A stretch of 64,000 nucleotides of DNA, counting the filler, from Sphacelaria rigidula (Eukaryota), in the NCBI GenBank assembly GCA_964200075.2. It is 10 parts of 10 records of this genome, joined end to end, with 100 filler letters (N's around TTAATTAATTAA, not from the genome) between each part and the next. Parts side by side here need not be neighbours in the genome. Positions count along the whole stretch, not along the records: positions 1 to 6,313 come from CAXNAA020020838.1; positions 6,414 to 12,726 come from CAXNAA020020839.1; positions 12,827 to 19,139 come from CAXNAA020020840.1; 7 more parts are not named here. One strand, given 5' to 3'. The notes under the pieces were generated by a model. It had not been told where the DNA came from and did not search any database. It worked only from the letters and a program-made list of their open reading frames with translations. The translations under genes were made by a program, and so were the position numbers. This document shows, piece by piece, positions 1-12,859 of the stretch. The number at the start of each line of letters is the position of its first letter. Position 1 is the first letter of the stretch.

Positions 1-1074
1 CGGGGCTCTCCTGACAGCAATGTCGAGCATCTCCAGCGCCGTATACACACTAGACCAAACTTTGCTTCGCCATCCCGGCGCACACGAGATGTCGTCAGGG
101 GTTAATGATCTATTAGCATCGACCGTGCTCTCGAAAACCTGCAGCACAGGCAGTACCCAGCACAGAGATTACAGGATATGGTCTGTGCTGTCTCATGCAG
201 TACAACAGCAGTACGCACGGGTGTGGTAAAAATGATGCGTACAACGTGGGATATGTGGACAACGTGCAATACAGACAACCCCAGGCACGGTACTGCCTGC
301 ATTGCCGTATTGAACAGTAGGATCCACATGCCATGCTGCACCAAACGGCTACCGAAAATAATTCGGACGACGTGCAGTGCAAACAGGACATGGGTTGTAC
401 TGCCGCATTCAACAGTACAGGAGGGTGGAATTGTTAGTTTGGCAGTAGTAAAACGGCTGCACTAAACACGATGTGGGCAACGTGCAGTACAGACAGAACT
501 AAGCAGTACAATACTGCCTATTCTGCCTGCTGCATACGGCAGTATATTTGCGCACATGTCATGTTGCAGACGGTAATATACAACGGCTGCACTAAAGTTG
601 ATGTGGAGGAGTGCAGTACGGACAGTACTGGACAGTGCAGTACTGCTGTCTGTACTGCCGCATACGGGATATGGCAGCATAGATTGAAGATGTCAGTTTG
701 CACACAGTGCGAGCTGGGCCAGCAGCGATCGGGGGACGTCTATGTTTCACATCTTCCTACACAAACATAAGAAGCTTGGCATGGCGAAGTCTTTAGGTCT
801 TCGTACCTCGCCTTGGCGTACACATCCCTTTGAATTGCGCTGATCGTACTTTTGGTATTTCCCCACTATTTTGGTACGCCACCCCCTCGAATTATATCTG
901 CAACCGTAAGCTAGGGTCAAAAGCTGGGAAGCGATTCTTGCAATTCTACCCCCCATTTGTGTATTTCAAGTACGGCTTTCAAAATACCCCGCAATTGAGT
1001 ATACTCTACTTGACCTACCTTTGGATTATTTCACCCCAAAAAATGAATAATCTGTACCCATAAGATAGGTGTCA

Positions 1075-1275
1075 GGCCGGATGTTACGGCATACAGATTT
1101 TTGGCCCACGGATTGTTCACTTTTAAAAGCAGACTAGGCTCCTCTCTGTGGGGTGATGCAAAGTGTCCTAGACGTGTGTCGGCGATTTCCCGTGATTGAG
1201 GGTCAAAAAGTGGCTCAAATGTCCCAAAAGTGAAGAATCCGTGGGCCAAAAATCTGTTCGCCATAACATCCGGCC
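1075..1275. mobile_element. Short PIF/Harbinger (Tourist-like) MITE
   Basis: About 50-bp TIRs, GGCCGGATGTTAcGGCATACAGATTTTTGGCCCACGGATTGTTCACTTTT and its reverse complement; flanks TCA/TAA. Same family as 2655-3608. Confidence 0.8.
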
Positions 1276-2654
1276 TAACACGAATTATTCTAAAATCTGA
1301 AGATCTGCGGCCAAAAATCTGTTGCCATAACATCCTGCTGTTTGATGACGATTATAGTGGATACAGTGTCAGTTGACCACGCTGACGTGCATAAATCCTG
1401 CCGGCCTCATCATCAATCTTCGCCCAATTATGGATTAACGCTCGAAGAAACCCAGCAACCAAGCATCGTTTATGATCCGCTATATATATGAGGGTTGGGA
1501 GGTGAACGTTTCCGCTCCAAAACGGTCGACAGTTGAAGGTTAAGCTCCTGTCGCGCGACCAGTCGGTAGCGCGACGGGCCCTTGCGGGGTACCTGGTACT
1601 GGAGGCGGCATCCCGGTACAGACAGTCCCACCACTACCGTCATGGCCATGCAAATAGTCTGGCAGCCGAAGTGGGCATTGCACTGGTTTTCTTCTAGTCT
1701 TATCAACTTAGATTATCTCCGCATTGGCTTTGCACGTGCATATTTCGGTGATTGCCTCACTTCCACTACGGCCATATTTTGGCGACAAGCCACTGCCCAA
1801 CTTTATACGTGAAAATGTACAAAGATGAACGAGATATTGCTGTTCAGCTTAAAAAAAAGTGTACTGCGCACAGTACTGACATATGCTGTCGACTGCCGAA
1901 GACAACACGGCGTCGAAAGCGCGCAGTATATGTACTGTGAGACAGGGTCCACAAATCGCCACGCCGCGAAAGGTAACAGCAAGCTTTCGCGCCATAGCGC
2001 CTGTGTTCACGGCGACCTTTGCGCAACATACGGGCATTGATGCTAGGAACGGATAGCAGCGGAGGCCGATTTCACTCACAGCATCGGGCACGTTGTACCG
2101 CTACAGGCCTCACTGCTGCGGGTGGTGCGCAGTGAAACACAGGCGGTAAGCAGCATATGATGTGTTGTACTGTCTGTACTATTTAATATCTGTTCAGACC
2201 AGTGCACACGGGGTGGGGCCCGCATGTACTTAACCTTCCACGAACTTCGTCGTGTACTATCGTAGCGGCACGATTTTTCAGTAGAAATCGCTTGCAATCT
2301 ATGCTATTACGCGTAACTCGTAAGTGATGCAGCTTCCTTCACATACGCAATCCGCCCGTGAGGCGAGCTCTTGATGCTGGAAGCGCCCACCCCTCTTTCC
2401 GTGATGATGTCCAGTCTTGGGCTCAGACAATTGAAACCTCGGAATATGATAGTATCTACGAGAAGGTACATATTCTGCGGCAATTATGCCTCCATTTTGT
2501 CGAAAAAGAATATCACTGCTATGAGGTGCAAACGGCACTCCCACTCTGAAAAAATGCTCTAAAAAGTACTTCATAGCGGAAAGTGGACCGTTACCGGCTG
2601 TTTTTTCTTCCACTCTGACTCTAAGATTTGAAAAAACGTTTTCCGAAACTCTCG

Positions 2655-3608
2655 GTCATGGCAAACAGATTCTTGGCCCATGGATTGTTCACTTTTGGGA
2701 CGTTTGACCCACTTTTTGAGCCCCAAACAGGAAAATCGCCAACGCAAGCCTCAGACACTTTGCATCACCCCACGGAGAGGAGCCTAGCCTACTTTTCAGA
2801 TTCGCTTGGCTCCGGGGTTTCGAGATTGGCCGCTGAAAAACAATTCGTGTGCAATAATCTGTGCTTGCCAACATACGGCAGTTTGTCCAAACATCTGTGG
2901 AGATCGCCGTAGATTTGAGTGTACACTGATTGTTTTTCAGCGGCCATTCTGGAAGCCTCGGAGCCGCGCGAAACTGAAAAGTGGGCTAGACTCCTCTCTC
3001 CGGGGTGATGCGAAGTGTCCAAGACGTGTGTTGGCGATTACCCCTGTTCGGGGGTCAAAAGGTGGGCCAAACGTCCCGAAAGTGAACAATCCGTGGGCTA
3101 AAAAACTGTTTGCCATAAGGCCGGATGTTATGGCAAACAGATTTTTGGCCCACGGATTGTTCACTTTTGGTACATTTGAGCCACTTTTTGACCCCCCAAA
3201 CAGAGAAAATCGTCAACACACGTCTTGAACACTTTGCATCACCCCGGAGAGAGGAGCCTAGTCTGCTTTTCAGATTCGCTTGGCTCCGAGGTTTTGAGAT
3301 TGACCGCTGAACAAAAATTCGTGCGCGAAAATCTGTGCTTGCCGATCCACAGATTTTTGGCCAAACTGGCGGGGGTCGGCAAGCACAGATTTTTGCACGC
3401 GAATTTTGATTCAGCAGCCAACGCGAAACCTCGGAGCCAAGCGAATCTGAGAGGCAGACTACCTCTCTGTGGGGTGATGCAAAGTGTCCAAGACGTGTGT
3501 TGACGATTTTTCCTTCTTGGGGGTCAAAAAGTGTCTCAAATGTACCAGAAGTGAATAATCCGTGGGCCAAAAATCTGTTTGCCATAACATCCGGCCTAAC
3601 ATCCGGCC
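2655..3608. mobile_element. Palindromic Tourist-like MITE (outer copy, left tip truncated) interrupted by a second copy
   Basis: Same TIR family. Its right TIR (GCCATAA^CATCCGGCC) is split by the inner copy and resumes at 3600-3608. Confidence 0.8.
3119..3596. mobile_element. Complete palindromic Tourist-like MITE (inner copy)
   Basis: GGCCGGATG...CATCCGGCC termini, almost fully self-complementary over about 480 bp, perfect TAA TSD at 3116-3118 and 3597-3599. Confidence 0.9.
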
Positions 3609-4165
3609 TTGAGCCAAGAGCAACGTTCATTTCTCCTCAAGAATCCACTAAAAACACGAAAAAAAATGAAAAAGAAATCGAACAAAAGGTGAGACGCTGT
3701 TTTGTTTCGTTTTGGTATGCACTAGCGGTTCTCCATACGAAATTTAATAGCACAACTCTCAAAAAGTGAGACGCGATATCCAGATTTGAGGCATCCAGTG
3801 CCTTTGCTCGAAATATATATTGATTTTAGTATGGAAACTTATGTGCGCCATATCTCGAGATAGATTACGAATTAGGTGAAGATGAGGGTATCTATCGTCT
3901 CCCCGTGCTCCAGGGAAGGTCAACACCAAAAATTGTCATCATCCGCTGGATGTGTTGTTCGGGTTTCATATAGCTTTTAGTGGGGACGTTATCTCCGTAC
4001 GGTATAGGAATTGCTAGACATGGAGTTTAATCAACGAGAAAATACTGGCCCAGATTTTTGAGCAGATGGGCATCTTCCCCTTGATTGGACGATTAGTACG
4101 ATATGCGGATCACGGTCCAACTCGTCTGTGTCGATGATATATTGCTTTGAGAGCTTCTGGTTTGA

Positions 4166-4263
4166 CTCTTTGACTGCGAGGTTAGTCTTCTGGTGAATCG
4201 GCATCAATTTCAACTGAAAGAAAGTATGCATGACCCAGAAATACCAATCTCGCGGTCTAAGGG
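4166..4263. mobile_element. About 98-bp piggyBac-type MITE (copy 1)
   Basis: Ends CTCGCGGTCTAAGGG followed by TTAA; left flank TTGA. Diverged reverse-complement copy of 45473-45570. Confidence 0.7.
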
Positions 4264-4523
4264 TTAAATCCGTTTTCAGGCTGGTCCACCTCGTAATGGT
4301 ACACTGTATTTCGGAAAAGGATTACAGCCAAGCGGTCACCTCCTTGTTACTTGGTGGTTGCAACAAAACAGTCGACAGTCGGTACCCACCCAGGAAGACG
4401 TGGCAATCAGCAATAATAGGCCAACAAAATCAACAGTCCGAACGTGAACGCCCAGTGCAAACAGTTCCGTATAGGTGGATGTTGTCTCAGACAGCGACCT
4501 GTTGCGATCGTGTGTACGTCATT

Positions 4524-5200
4524 GAATCGCACACCGTTGTGTCAACTCGACGGGGTATGCACAAAAGCTATCGGAACACTTGACACACTCTGACCTTCAT
4601 CCCCGCCTCCACGGAGGGCTTCCTGAAGATCCCGCTGAGCCCGAAGCCCTTCTTCGGCTTCTTCACGTCTAACGATGGCGACTCGACGGAGATGCGAGTA
4701 TCGTGCATCTGTTTCAGCAACAAAACACACATGATACCCAACGTCAATGACAGTAACCCGATTGAGGTTCACATACAGCTCGGAACCGAGCAAAGCTGTG
4801 CAACACGCCCCCCAGCTGCCTCCAGCACCAGGAGCGACCACACACTGACTCTCTCCAAGGCATCGAATCGCACACCGTTGTGTCAACTCGACGGGGTATG
4901 CACAAAAGCTATCGGAACACTTGACACACTCTGACCTTCATCCCCGCCTCCACGGAGGGCTTCCTGAAGATCCCGCTGAGCCCGAAGCCCTTCTTCGGCT
5001 TCTTCACGTCTAACGATGGCGACTCGACGGAGATGCGAGTATCGTGCATCTGTTTCAGCAACAAAACACACATGATACCCAACGTCAATGACAGTAACCC
5101 GATTGAGGTTCACATACAGCTCGGAACCGAGCAAAGCTGTGCAACACGCCCCCCAGCTGCCTCCAGCACTAGAAGCGGCCACACACTGACTCTCTCCAAG
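4524..5200. repeat. Near-perfect 341-bp tandem duplication (2 copies)
   Basis: GAATCGCACACCGTTGTGTCAACTCGACGGGG recurs at a 341-bp offset; ORFs 4542-4886 and 4883-5182 share an identical peptide core. Confidence 0.92.
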
Positions 5201-6313
5201 CTCGGTGTAGAAACACCAAAAAAAATATCGACTTGCATTCAGAAGGGTAGCTCGACTACGATAAAATAGTCAAGCGTCGGCTTGTACAGTACTCGTATTA
5301 CACAATAGGTTCTCAAAACAGTGGTTAGCGAGCTACAGTCGTGCGTGTCCGTGTTCAACCGTGTACATCGATCATTGTGCCGACCCAACAGCCTCGACGT
5401 GTACGCAACTTTACCCGCCCACACGGAGCCCATTGAGTTCCCGGAAAGCATCGCTCGTGCTACACGACCACAAGTTGAACATCCACGACAAACCCAGTCT
5501 CCTCTCCAACCGTGAAACTCAACCACAATCATCTTAGCACAGGGTCTGAAGACCAACATACTACGCAAAGCCGATCACGTGTAACTACAACACAAGTAGC
5601 CTCACCTTAGGCTTGCTACCCTTGTCTACCAGGCTGCCCGGTCCGGTAGTCTCCCAGGTCCTAGGCAAATTGTGCGTTGGCAAACCTCAAATCGACGTCG
5701 CCAGGGCTGACATTTATATTTCAATCCTTCTTCGCCCACGCAGACCAGCGTCAGGAGACCAGCGAACATGCACCTTTGAGCGTATATCTATGGTTGACAG
5801 CTATAAATAAATTTCTGGGGGCTGCTGCGCATTCCATCCCTTTTACACCAGTAAAAAACCTCTAGCTTTCGGCGTATATCTATGGTCGACAGTCAAAAAT
5901 ATTTTTCTAGGGGCTGCTGCTCATTCCACTTGTTCTGTAGTTCACACCACCAGACTATTATTTCTCCATCCCCGGATCCCCGGGCTTTTATTTATTCTGC
6001 GGTGAGGGTACTGTAGTCCATCTGAATCATGCATATTTGTTTCGAGTCAATATTTGTGCCGATTCAGCAGGTGGCCTGCCCTCAAAGTCAAAGGGTTGAG
6101 GCCGTTTCTTCCGAGTGGTTATTTCCCCCCGTTTCTTGCAAAAAATTAAGAGGAAAAAATACCATTGGGGAAATAAAATGAGAGATGCTGACCCTGCCTT
6201 ACGGTTGCAGGCATATTTTTGAGGAGGGGGGGGGGGGGGGGGGGGGGGAAAAAGGGGGGGGGCGGACAAAGGGGGGGGGGGGGGGGAGGAGGAGGGGGGG
6301 GGGGGGGCGAAGA

Positions 6314-6413
6314 NNNNNNNNNNNNNNNNNNNNNNNNNNNNNNNNNNNNNNNNNNNNTTAATTAATTAANNNNNNNNNNNNNNNNNNNNNNNNNNNNNNN
6401 NNNNNNNNNNNNN
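6314..6413. other. Artificial contig-joining spacer (N44-TTAATTAATTAA-N44)
   Basis: 100-bp block whose core gives stop codons in all six frames. Identical spacers at 12727-12826, 19140-19239, 25553-25652, 31966-32065, 38379-38478, 44791-44890, 51203-51302 and 57615-57714. Confidence 0.97.
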
Positions 6414-7199
6414 CCGCGTTTTCTTTTCCGGCATAGAAGGGGAGAGAGGTGGTGTGTCTGATAGTTGTGGCCTGCCTTGTGCTGTGCCCCCCCCCCCCCC
6501 CCCCTTCCCCTCCCTCTACTGTGTACTACTTTTTCGGTCGCTGCTGTTGCATGTGATTTTGATATTACTCTGATGGCGCATTTACCCGTTGCGCGTTGTT
6601 GCGTCTTGTGCGTGCGGGTCGAATAGGAACATGTCTCGGGTGTAGAGATGCACCAGGAGGTGCCAGCATGGAGCAGAAACGTAGCGAGGACGAGCCCTGC
6701 TGCTATTTCACCCCCAGGGTCCGGTCGGCGTACTCGTAGGTCTCCCGCCCATGGACGTTTGCCCAGCGCACCACAGGTACTTGCTTGGTGTGTGCGTGTC
6801 CTTCGATGTCGGCTCTAGGCGCGTTTCTCATGTATCGGGTGTGTTCCTGTCCAGTCCATTCTTGTGTGTGCTGCTGCGCCTGGTCAGCAGATGCGCTTGT
6901 TTTTTTTATCTTATTTGGTATATCGAGGTTCGAGCGAATTTATTTCAGTGTTTTTGCTCATGCTCAGAGTATGTGCACTTGTTGTTGTTGTCGATGTGTG
7001 TGTGTGTGTTTTTTCCCCCTCTGCTTTGCAGAGTTTTGCGTTAAAGTCTCTACGCCTTGTGAATGAGTCGCCTTGTTCGTTTGTTCCATCTCCTTCCATC
7101 TCGTTGCTTTGCTGCTTTCCAATGATCGGTGTTGTTCATGATGAGAACCGGATGGACGTTCAGCCTCGTGCTAATGAAAAACCATGTGTATAAGTTTCG

Positions 7200-10100
7200 T
7201 ATCAACCGCTCGTAGCTACTTCATAGACCCGTTGTCTCATGCAAATGATGTCTGGAAAATGACGACTGTGCCGCGGTGACGAGGGACACAGGGCGCCAAC
7301 AAAGCACAAAATCGGGCACTGAAATCTACTATCTCGCGCGTGCCGGTGACAAGGGACCATGCCTCCCAGACTTTGCTTTCCTCTCAACGTGGTGCTGAGA
7401 TATTCTTTTGTTGGAGGGTGTGTAATACGCTGTTTACGTGATACGCAGGGCTAAATCGATACATGCACATATACCATTTCTCAATTTTCACCACTTTTGC
7501 CGAGTTTTCTCTGGCGGCAAAGCATCTTATCACGCGGTTTCTTTTGCAGTGCACGAAGAAGGTGCAGCGGTACATTACCTGTCAGATTTGGGTGTCATCT
7601 GATACCTGTGGCGCGTGTTCTGGCCATCGAAAGTCGCCCACACTGGCTCTTTTTCGCGGGGTGTCGATCCCGAATCACAAAAGCCTCCTCAGATTCATGC
7701 AAAACTTCAAACAGCAGGATGATTGTTGGCGGGGTATTTCCTCCCCGTGCCGGGCTCTCGTTCATTTGGGAGCACGAACACACCGGTTATGCCGCCAATG
7801 TCACGAGAATATGGGAGCAATGCAGTTGAAAACAATTGATCATTGCCTTGGCCTTAGTCAGCAGCAAACACCAGACCGTGTGATGAGCCGTTGACGAGTT
7901 GAACAAGGCACACACGTGGGCAAACGTCCCCAATGTGGGTCACGTGTGTAGGACCAGCAAAGGAGGGTGCCGAAATCCCTGTGATCATGCAACCCGTAAC
8001 AGAGAGTTCCCTCACAGGATGCACTTGTGAAGTACAGGCGCATGGATGTCCTTGTGTCAGGGTTGACAGGTTTGTCCTTGTGACGGGGATGACAGGAGGA
8101 ATCATACGAGTACGCACCTCATGTATCTTTCTGCGGCTTCGTACTGTATTTTCAGTACAAGTCAAATGTTACTTTGCTTGTGGATTTCTCCGCCATGTCT
8201 GAACGAAGGAGCCTGAAAATTGGCACAGAGGGAGACCACAACACAGGCAGCATATTCCCGGATCGGCGACACGTTTTACGTGGTGCGCCAGACGCACAAA
8301 GCGAATACGGATTTTGGGCAATGCCATCGATATGCCTTCAAAACGGAGTCCACTCGACCCAGACTGCGTGAGACGTCAGTGAATGGATATGTGGACACGC
8401 AGATGCGCTCACTTCCAGATCATGACCTGCTGGGTGGCTCTTGCCCCGGCAAATGAGGGCCTTCATTATCGAGACATGAAAAAATGGGAAAATGTCTAAA
8501 ATTTCGGCAATCGCCTAGGGCTCGTTATTATTCAGATCTACTGTTGTTGCTGTTGGATATCTCATTACAGATGGTCCTGATCTCGTCGTTTAGCTTGCCT
8601 TCGCCGGCAAAATACAGGACAGGGTTATGCTACCTGCCCGTGTATGGCGTTCATTACTGTGGTAAACACCTTTCTCACAACCTCTCTGTGACACGGGGGG
8701 ACAGACGGGCAGGCTAGGGCGTCATCGACCGGCTCTCTCGGGATGCTGTAACAGCACACATGAGTAAAAATACCGACTGTAGAAAGCCCCGTGCATAGAT
8801 TGCAGCATGCTTGCTTTCTGTGAGTTGTATGCGCAGATACACCAAATGAAACCACCAGCTAGACAGTTTTCAGACGGTGCGGTAGCGTACACTCGTAGCA
8901 GCACTGCAGGCAAGTAGGGAGCTACTGGATTATTTCTGCTCTTTACTTCAAAAGTCCGTATGTCTGCAAACGACGACCACCGTGCTTGGCCCCAACAGCT
9001 CCAACACCGCTGCCGGGGCACACATCGTCTAAGGAGATAAATACCGCCATTTTACTTCACGACCTAGCCCAGGGGGTCATTAGCAAGGTTCCTGATGATT
9101 CTCGCATGCTTGCGAGCGCCACGGCGTCCGCCAAGGGCAGCTTTGCGGAGTATTGCGCTACGGTCCAAAATATTTGACATTCGCCAACCGTAAAGGCTTG
9201 GCGAAAAAATCTAGCCGCTTCATTTTCGGAGAACGCCAAGCGCCAGGTGCGAACACGCCTGAAATCTTGGCGATTTCCCAAAAAACTGTGTACTGTGTCG
9301 ATAAGAACCAAATATTTATGACATAATATAATTTCGACTTGCGTCACCCCCGGGAGGCCCGTACCAACCCCCCGGAGGGAAACCTTGTGTATATATATAA
9401 TTATATATACATATTCCACCATTTTTTTTTTGTTATTTGTGCCGTGCTGTTTCACCACAATGGCGCCTGTTGGAGGCGTGCTACGTGACATTTTTTCGAT
9501 GGTGACAAATGTTTGGCTCGTACCGCTGAAAGTTGGAATCAGGGCTGGATCACGTCTGATTTATGGGGTCATGGGCCAGCCTGTTCCACGTGCTCGGAAC
9601 AGTTTTATGTACGCCGATTTCACCAGTTGGTGGATGAAAGTCCGTATATGTTCCCTGGAGGTGAATCTGGACTTGTCCGTGTACAAGGTAATCATAATTC
9701 GGCCGGTGTCACTGGTTTCTTTGGATCCTTGGTGACGTCACAGGAAACGATCGGGGACTCCGAGACATGAATGAAACCGACCGAAAAATGACTGGATCGC
9801 ACACGGTCGACCCCGAGCTTCACGTCACGAACATACGTGTGAATTGCCCTCTGACAAGTTAATGAAGCAGCGTCTGAAGTCACGGCCGGCTAGCCGCCTG
9901 CGGTCTTCTGTGGATCGCCAGACTGTACACATGTGTGGTGCGGTGCAAGCCCGTAAACGTTGCACAATGCTCTATGCCTAGGACCGACGTAGTATGAGGA
10001 ATCAGCGGAAGGGGCCAGGGGGGGGAGGAGGGGGCCTGTAATTTCTGCATATCAGTATGACCTCGCTGAACGGGGATCCTTGTGAGATTGGCGTATTTGG

Positions 10101-12340
10101 TCTCACATCCAAGGGTCGGACGGACTGATGATTCTTCTGGAAATTGCTTGATTTCAGTGTAAATGATTCGTACCGTGCGAATCAATCCGTAAGCTTTGTC
10201 ACCAGCGTTGCAACCCAGGCACGCGCAGCCCAGGCACGTGGAATGACACAAAATTGCGTCAGAACGTTTTGACCAGCGGTCAATTTTTTTCTCATTTGTT
10301 CGAGCAACCAGGCTTGAAAAATCGTGGATTTGGTGATTCGAACCGGTGATGATTCGTCCGAGCCGCGCATCCTTGTGCTTTTGAAACACTGCCATCTGGG
10401 CTCGATTGATTCAGTGATTGTCGCACTTCAACCTGTAGACAACGAGCGTCGCCTCGCAACAGTTTCACAGGTTGACAGTCATTATACATTCGGGGGTTCA
10501 CAGGGGGGGGGGGGGGGTGGTTTTTGACAGGGGATGGGGACCTGTTCGCAGAACAGCCGAAAAGCTCACCAAGTCAACCATTTGTGTCGAAAAGTTTCCC
10601 ACTGAAGTTGTGAGCGAGAAACGAGGCCCGAGAGGAGCGGAGTGATCATTCAGACCTATCACGGCTATTGAAATGGTCACTTCGTTCCCCTGCAGGTGGA
10701 CTACAGGGTGGGCTACTTCGCTGTCTAGCCTTGTGTCTCATTTTGGTCACGACCTTACAATTCAACCATGGATAACATGTGCACAAACAGCCTGCTTCTG
10801 CTCGTGGTCTATGCCGCCTGTATGACCCTCAATGTGTTGCCAGAATAGCTTCACATCGTCTGTAGTGTTGTGGAACACAAAGCAGATACATCAGCAACAT
10901 GTAGTAGACTGTGCAGTGCAGAGCGATGGCACGCTGACTGCTTCTTGCCGTTGTATACAGCGAAGACATAAAGCACACATACCTGTCTCTGTGCGCAAAA
11001 CACTGCAGGATCGAACTGGTCAGGGGTTATTCGAGATTGTTTTCTTTATAGATGCCTAACATCCACATGTTTATGAAAAAAGGCGTTCTGTATAGCGATG
11101 AAGTAGCCGTTCTGAACCCCCAAAGGGGGCATAGTCCATGTCAGTCCACCTGCGAGGGGTCGCTATCTAAGGCTTAACCTTATCCCCTAGAGATCCAGCC
11201 TTGCTCATCACCCACATGATGGACGTACCCGAGATAAAAACGAATGGAAACACTTGTATCCGTCAAGCGGCGCCTTCTACTGTGAATGAAGCATGATGTG
11301 TAACCTCGGATATTTCTGTTTCGTGCCGCCCTCCGTGCCCGCCGGTTGTGTTGTGTCGCGGTGTTTTGACAGGGTAATTTGGGCGTCAACGAGCTCAACT
11401 ACCTCGAAGTGGATGCGGTGAGTGTGTGCTACTCGAGCCTCTACGGTACTGGCAGCGATTGCCATTCCCTGGACAATATATAGATTACGTTATTATCCAG
11501 GGTGTGTGGTTGTTATTCCTCACATGATTTACTGAAGCAGGCAAGCCCTACAATTCAAGATTGCTTCGTAAGCGCACCGCGTATGCTCTGCTTATGTACT
11601 CCGTGGTCCCTTGTGTGGCATGAAAATGATGCGCCAAAGGTCTGCGTTACGCTCTCTGTATACGCGTTACCACCAAATGTTGACAACCAATTTTCGGGTC
11701 AGACTTATATTTATTTTACTCGGTTAATGTATACGGGATATCCTACACCAACATATATAATACTGATTGTACAGTTACAAGCAGATGTGATCGTTTTCCC
11801 ACGAAAAATTGCCGCCGAGTTTTCCCAAGTCATTGCAGCGCGCTTCAGAACAACGTGTTGGGCTAGGCATGCGTTGAGATCCACGATGAAAGTGAGACAT
11901 GGCTGGATTCGTTGAGGAGCTGACGGTTACAGCTCTCCGGTGGTGCATGACACGAGTAACGCTGAAATGTGCTGCACTCGTGACGAAGGAGTCAAAAAGA
12001 GCACCCAAGACAAGGTGTTCACGTTCGCTATTGATTTTAGAAATAGGGTCCGGAAATAGCACACGAAACCAGCTCCGTCGAACAACCTGAGGCAAGACCC
12101 AAAATATTGGCTCTTCAGATTTTCCGAACTACCTGCCGTCCGCGAAATATCGACGTTGGAAGTGAGACTGCGTGCTCGACTGCTGCAGCAGCATCCTGAA
12201 CCGTCGTATAGTTGGACACAGCTGAAGACCGAAACACCTCTTGATGCGTCGTAGCTTGTGCTGTGTGTCATCCCCATGTGCGATTCATATGCATCGCTGC
12301 TTGCTGAACAAGTCGTCGACCTTGAAAAAGTTGGAAAAAA
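7200..12340 (+). pseudogene. Degenerate multi-exon gene, possibly a P-element/THAP9-like transposase
   Basis: Frameshifted, stop-ridden peptides in an order resembling P-type transposases: Cys-rich segment (about 7550-7890), HSPTVKAW..L...SENAKRQVR...RFP (about 9178-9290), FDG/TNVW...SRLIYGV (about 9495-9570), MTSLNGDPCEIGVFG (about 10057-10105), LVIRTGDDSS.PR (about 10330), D-K-x-N (about 11233), VFPRKIAAEFSQVIAARFR (about 11790-11850). Pattern match by eye only. Confidence 0.3.
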
Positions 12341-12859
12341 AATCGCACTACACATGGGGGGGGGAAAAACTATTCTGAAACATCTTCAAAACCTGTGCTA
12401 GGTGCAGTAAAATGTCGAACGTAAGTGGGGAAAAATGGACACCAGAAGCTTTGTCTTCAGTCTGAGATTTTTTGCAGGCATCCGAGTCGGTTCTGCCGTT
12501 GATTTGCAACATTTTTTTTTGTTTTTCCTGCAAGGGTTGCTTGATCTGGTGAGAGCACAACCTCAAAGATTCATCACAATCTGCGGCGGATGGTACCGAT
12601 GGTGGATACCGCAGGCATCGCTCCATGCTGTATAACGTCGTTTCGCTGCTGATTTTCTCTACATTAGAGCAATGCTACGGTAGGGGTGCACTTTTTTCGC
12701 GAAATTTTGTCTGGTTCAGAGGCTCCNNNNNNNNNNNNNNNNNNNNNNNNNNNNNNNNNNNNNNNNNNNNTTAATTAATTAANNNNNNNNNNNNNNNNNN
12801 NNNNNNNNNNNNNNNNNNNNNNNNNNAGTTCAACAAGGGTACAAGGGTATGAGTGAGTG

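Noticed and set aside
1..770. Cys/Thr-rich short ORFs (also 15700-16050, 18650-18950, 35540-35720)
   Set aside because: CAGTA/TACTG-rich low-complexity non-coding sequence.
2628..3769. Repeated ORFs (MANRFLAHGLFTFGTF...) on both strands
   Set aside because: Spurious translations of a palindromic MITE.
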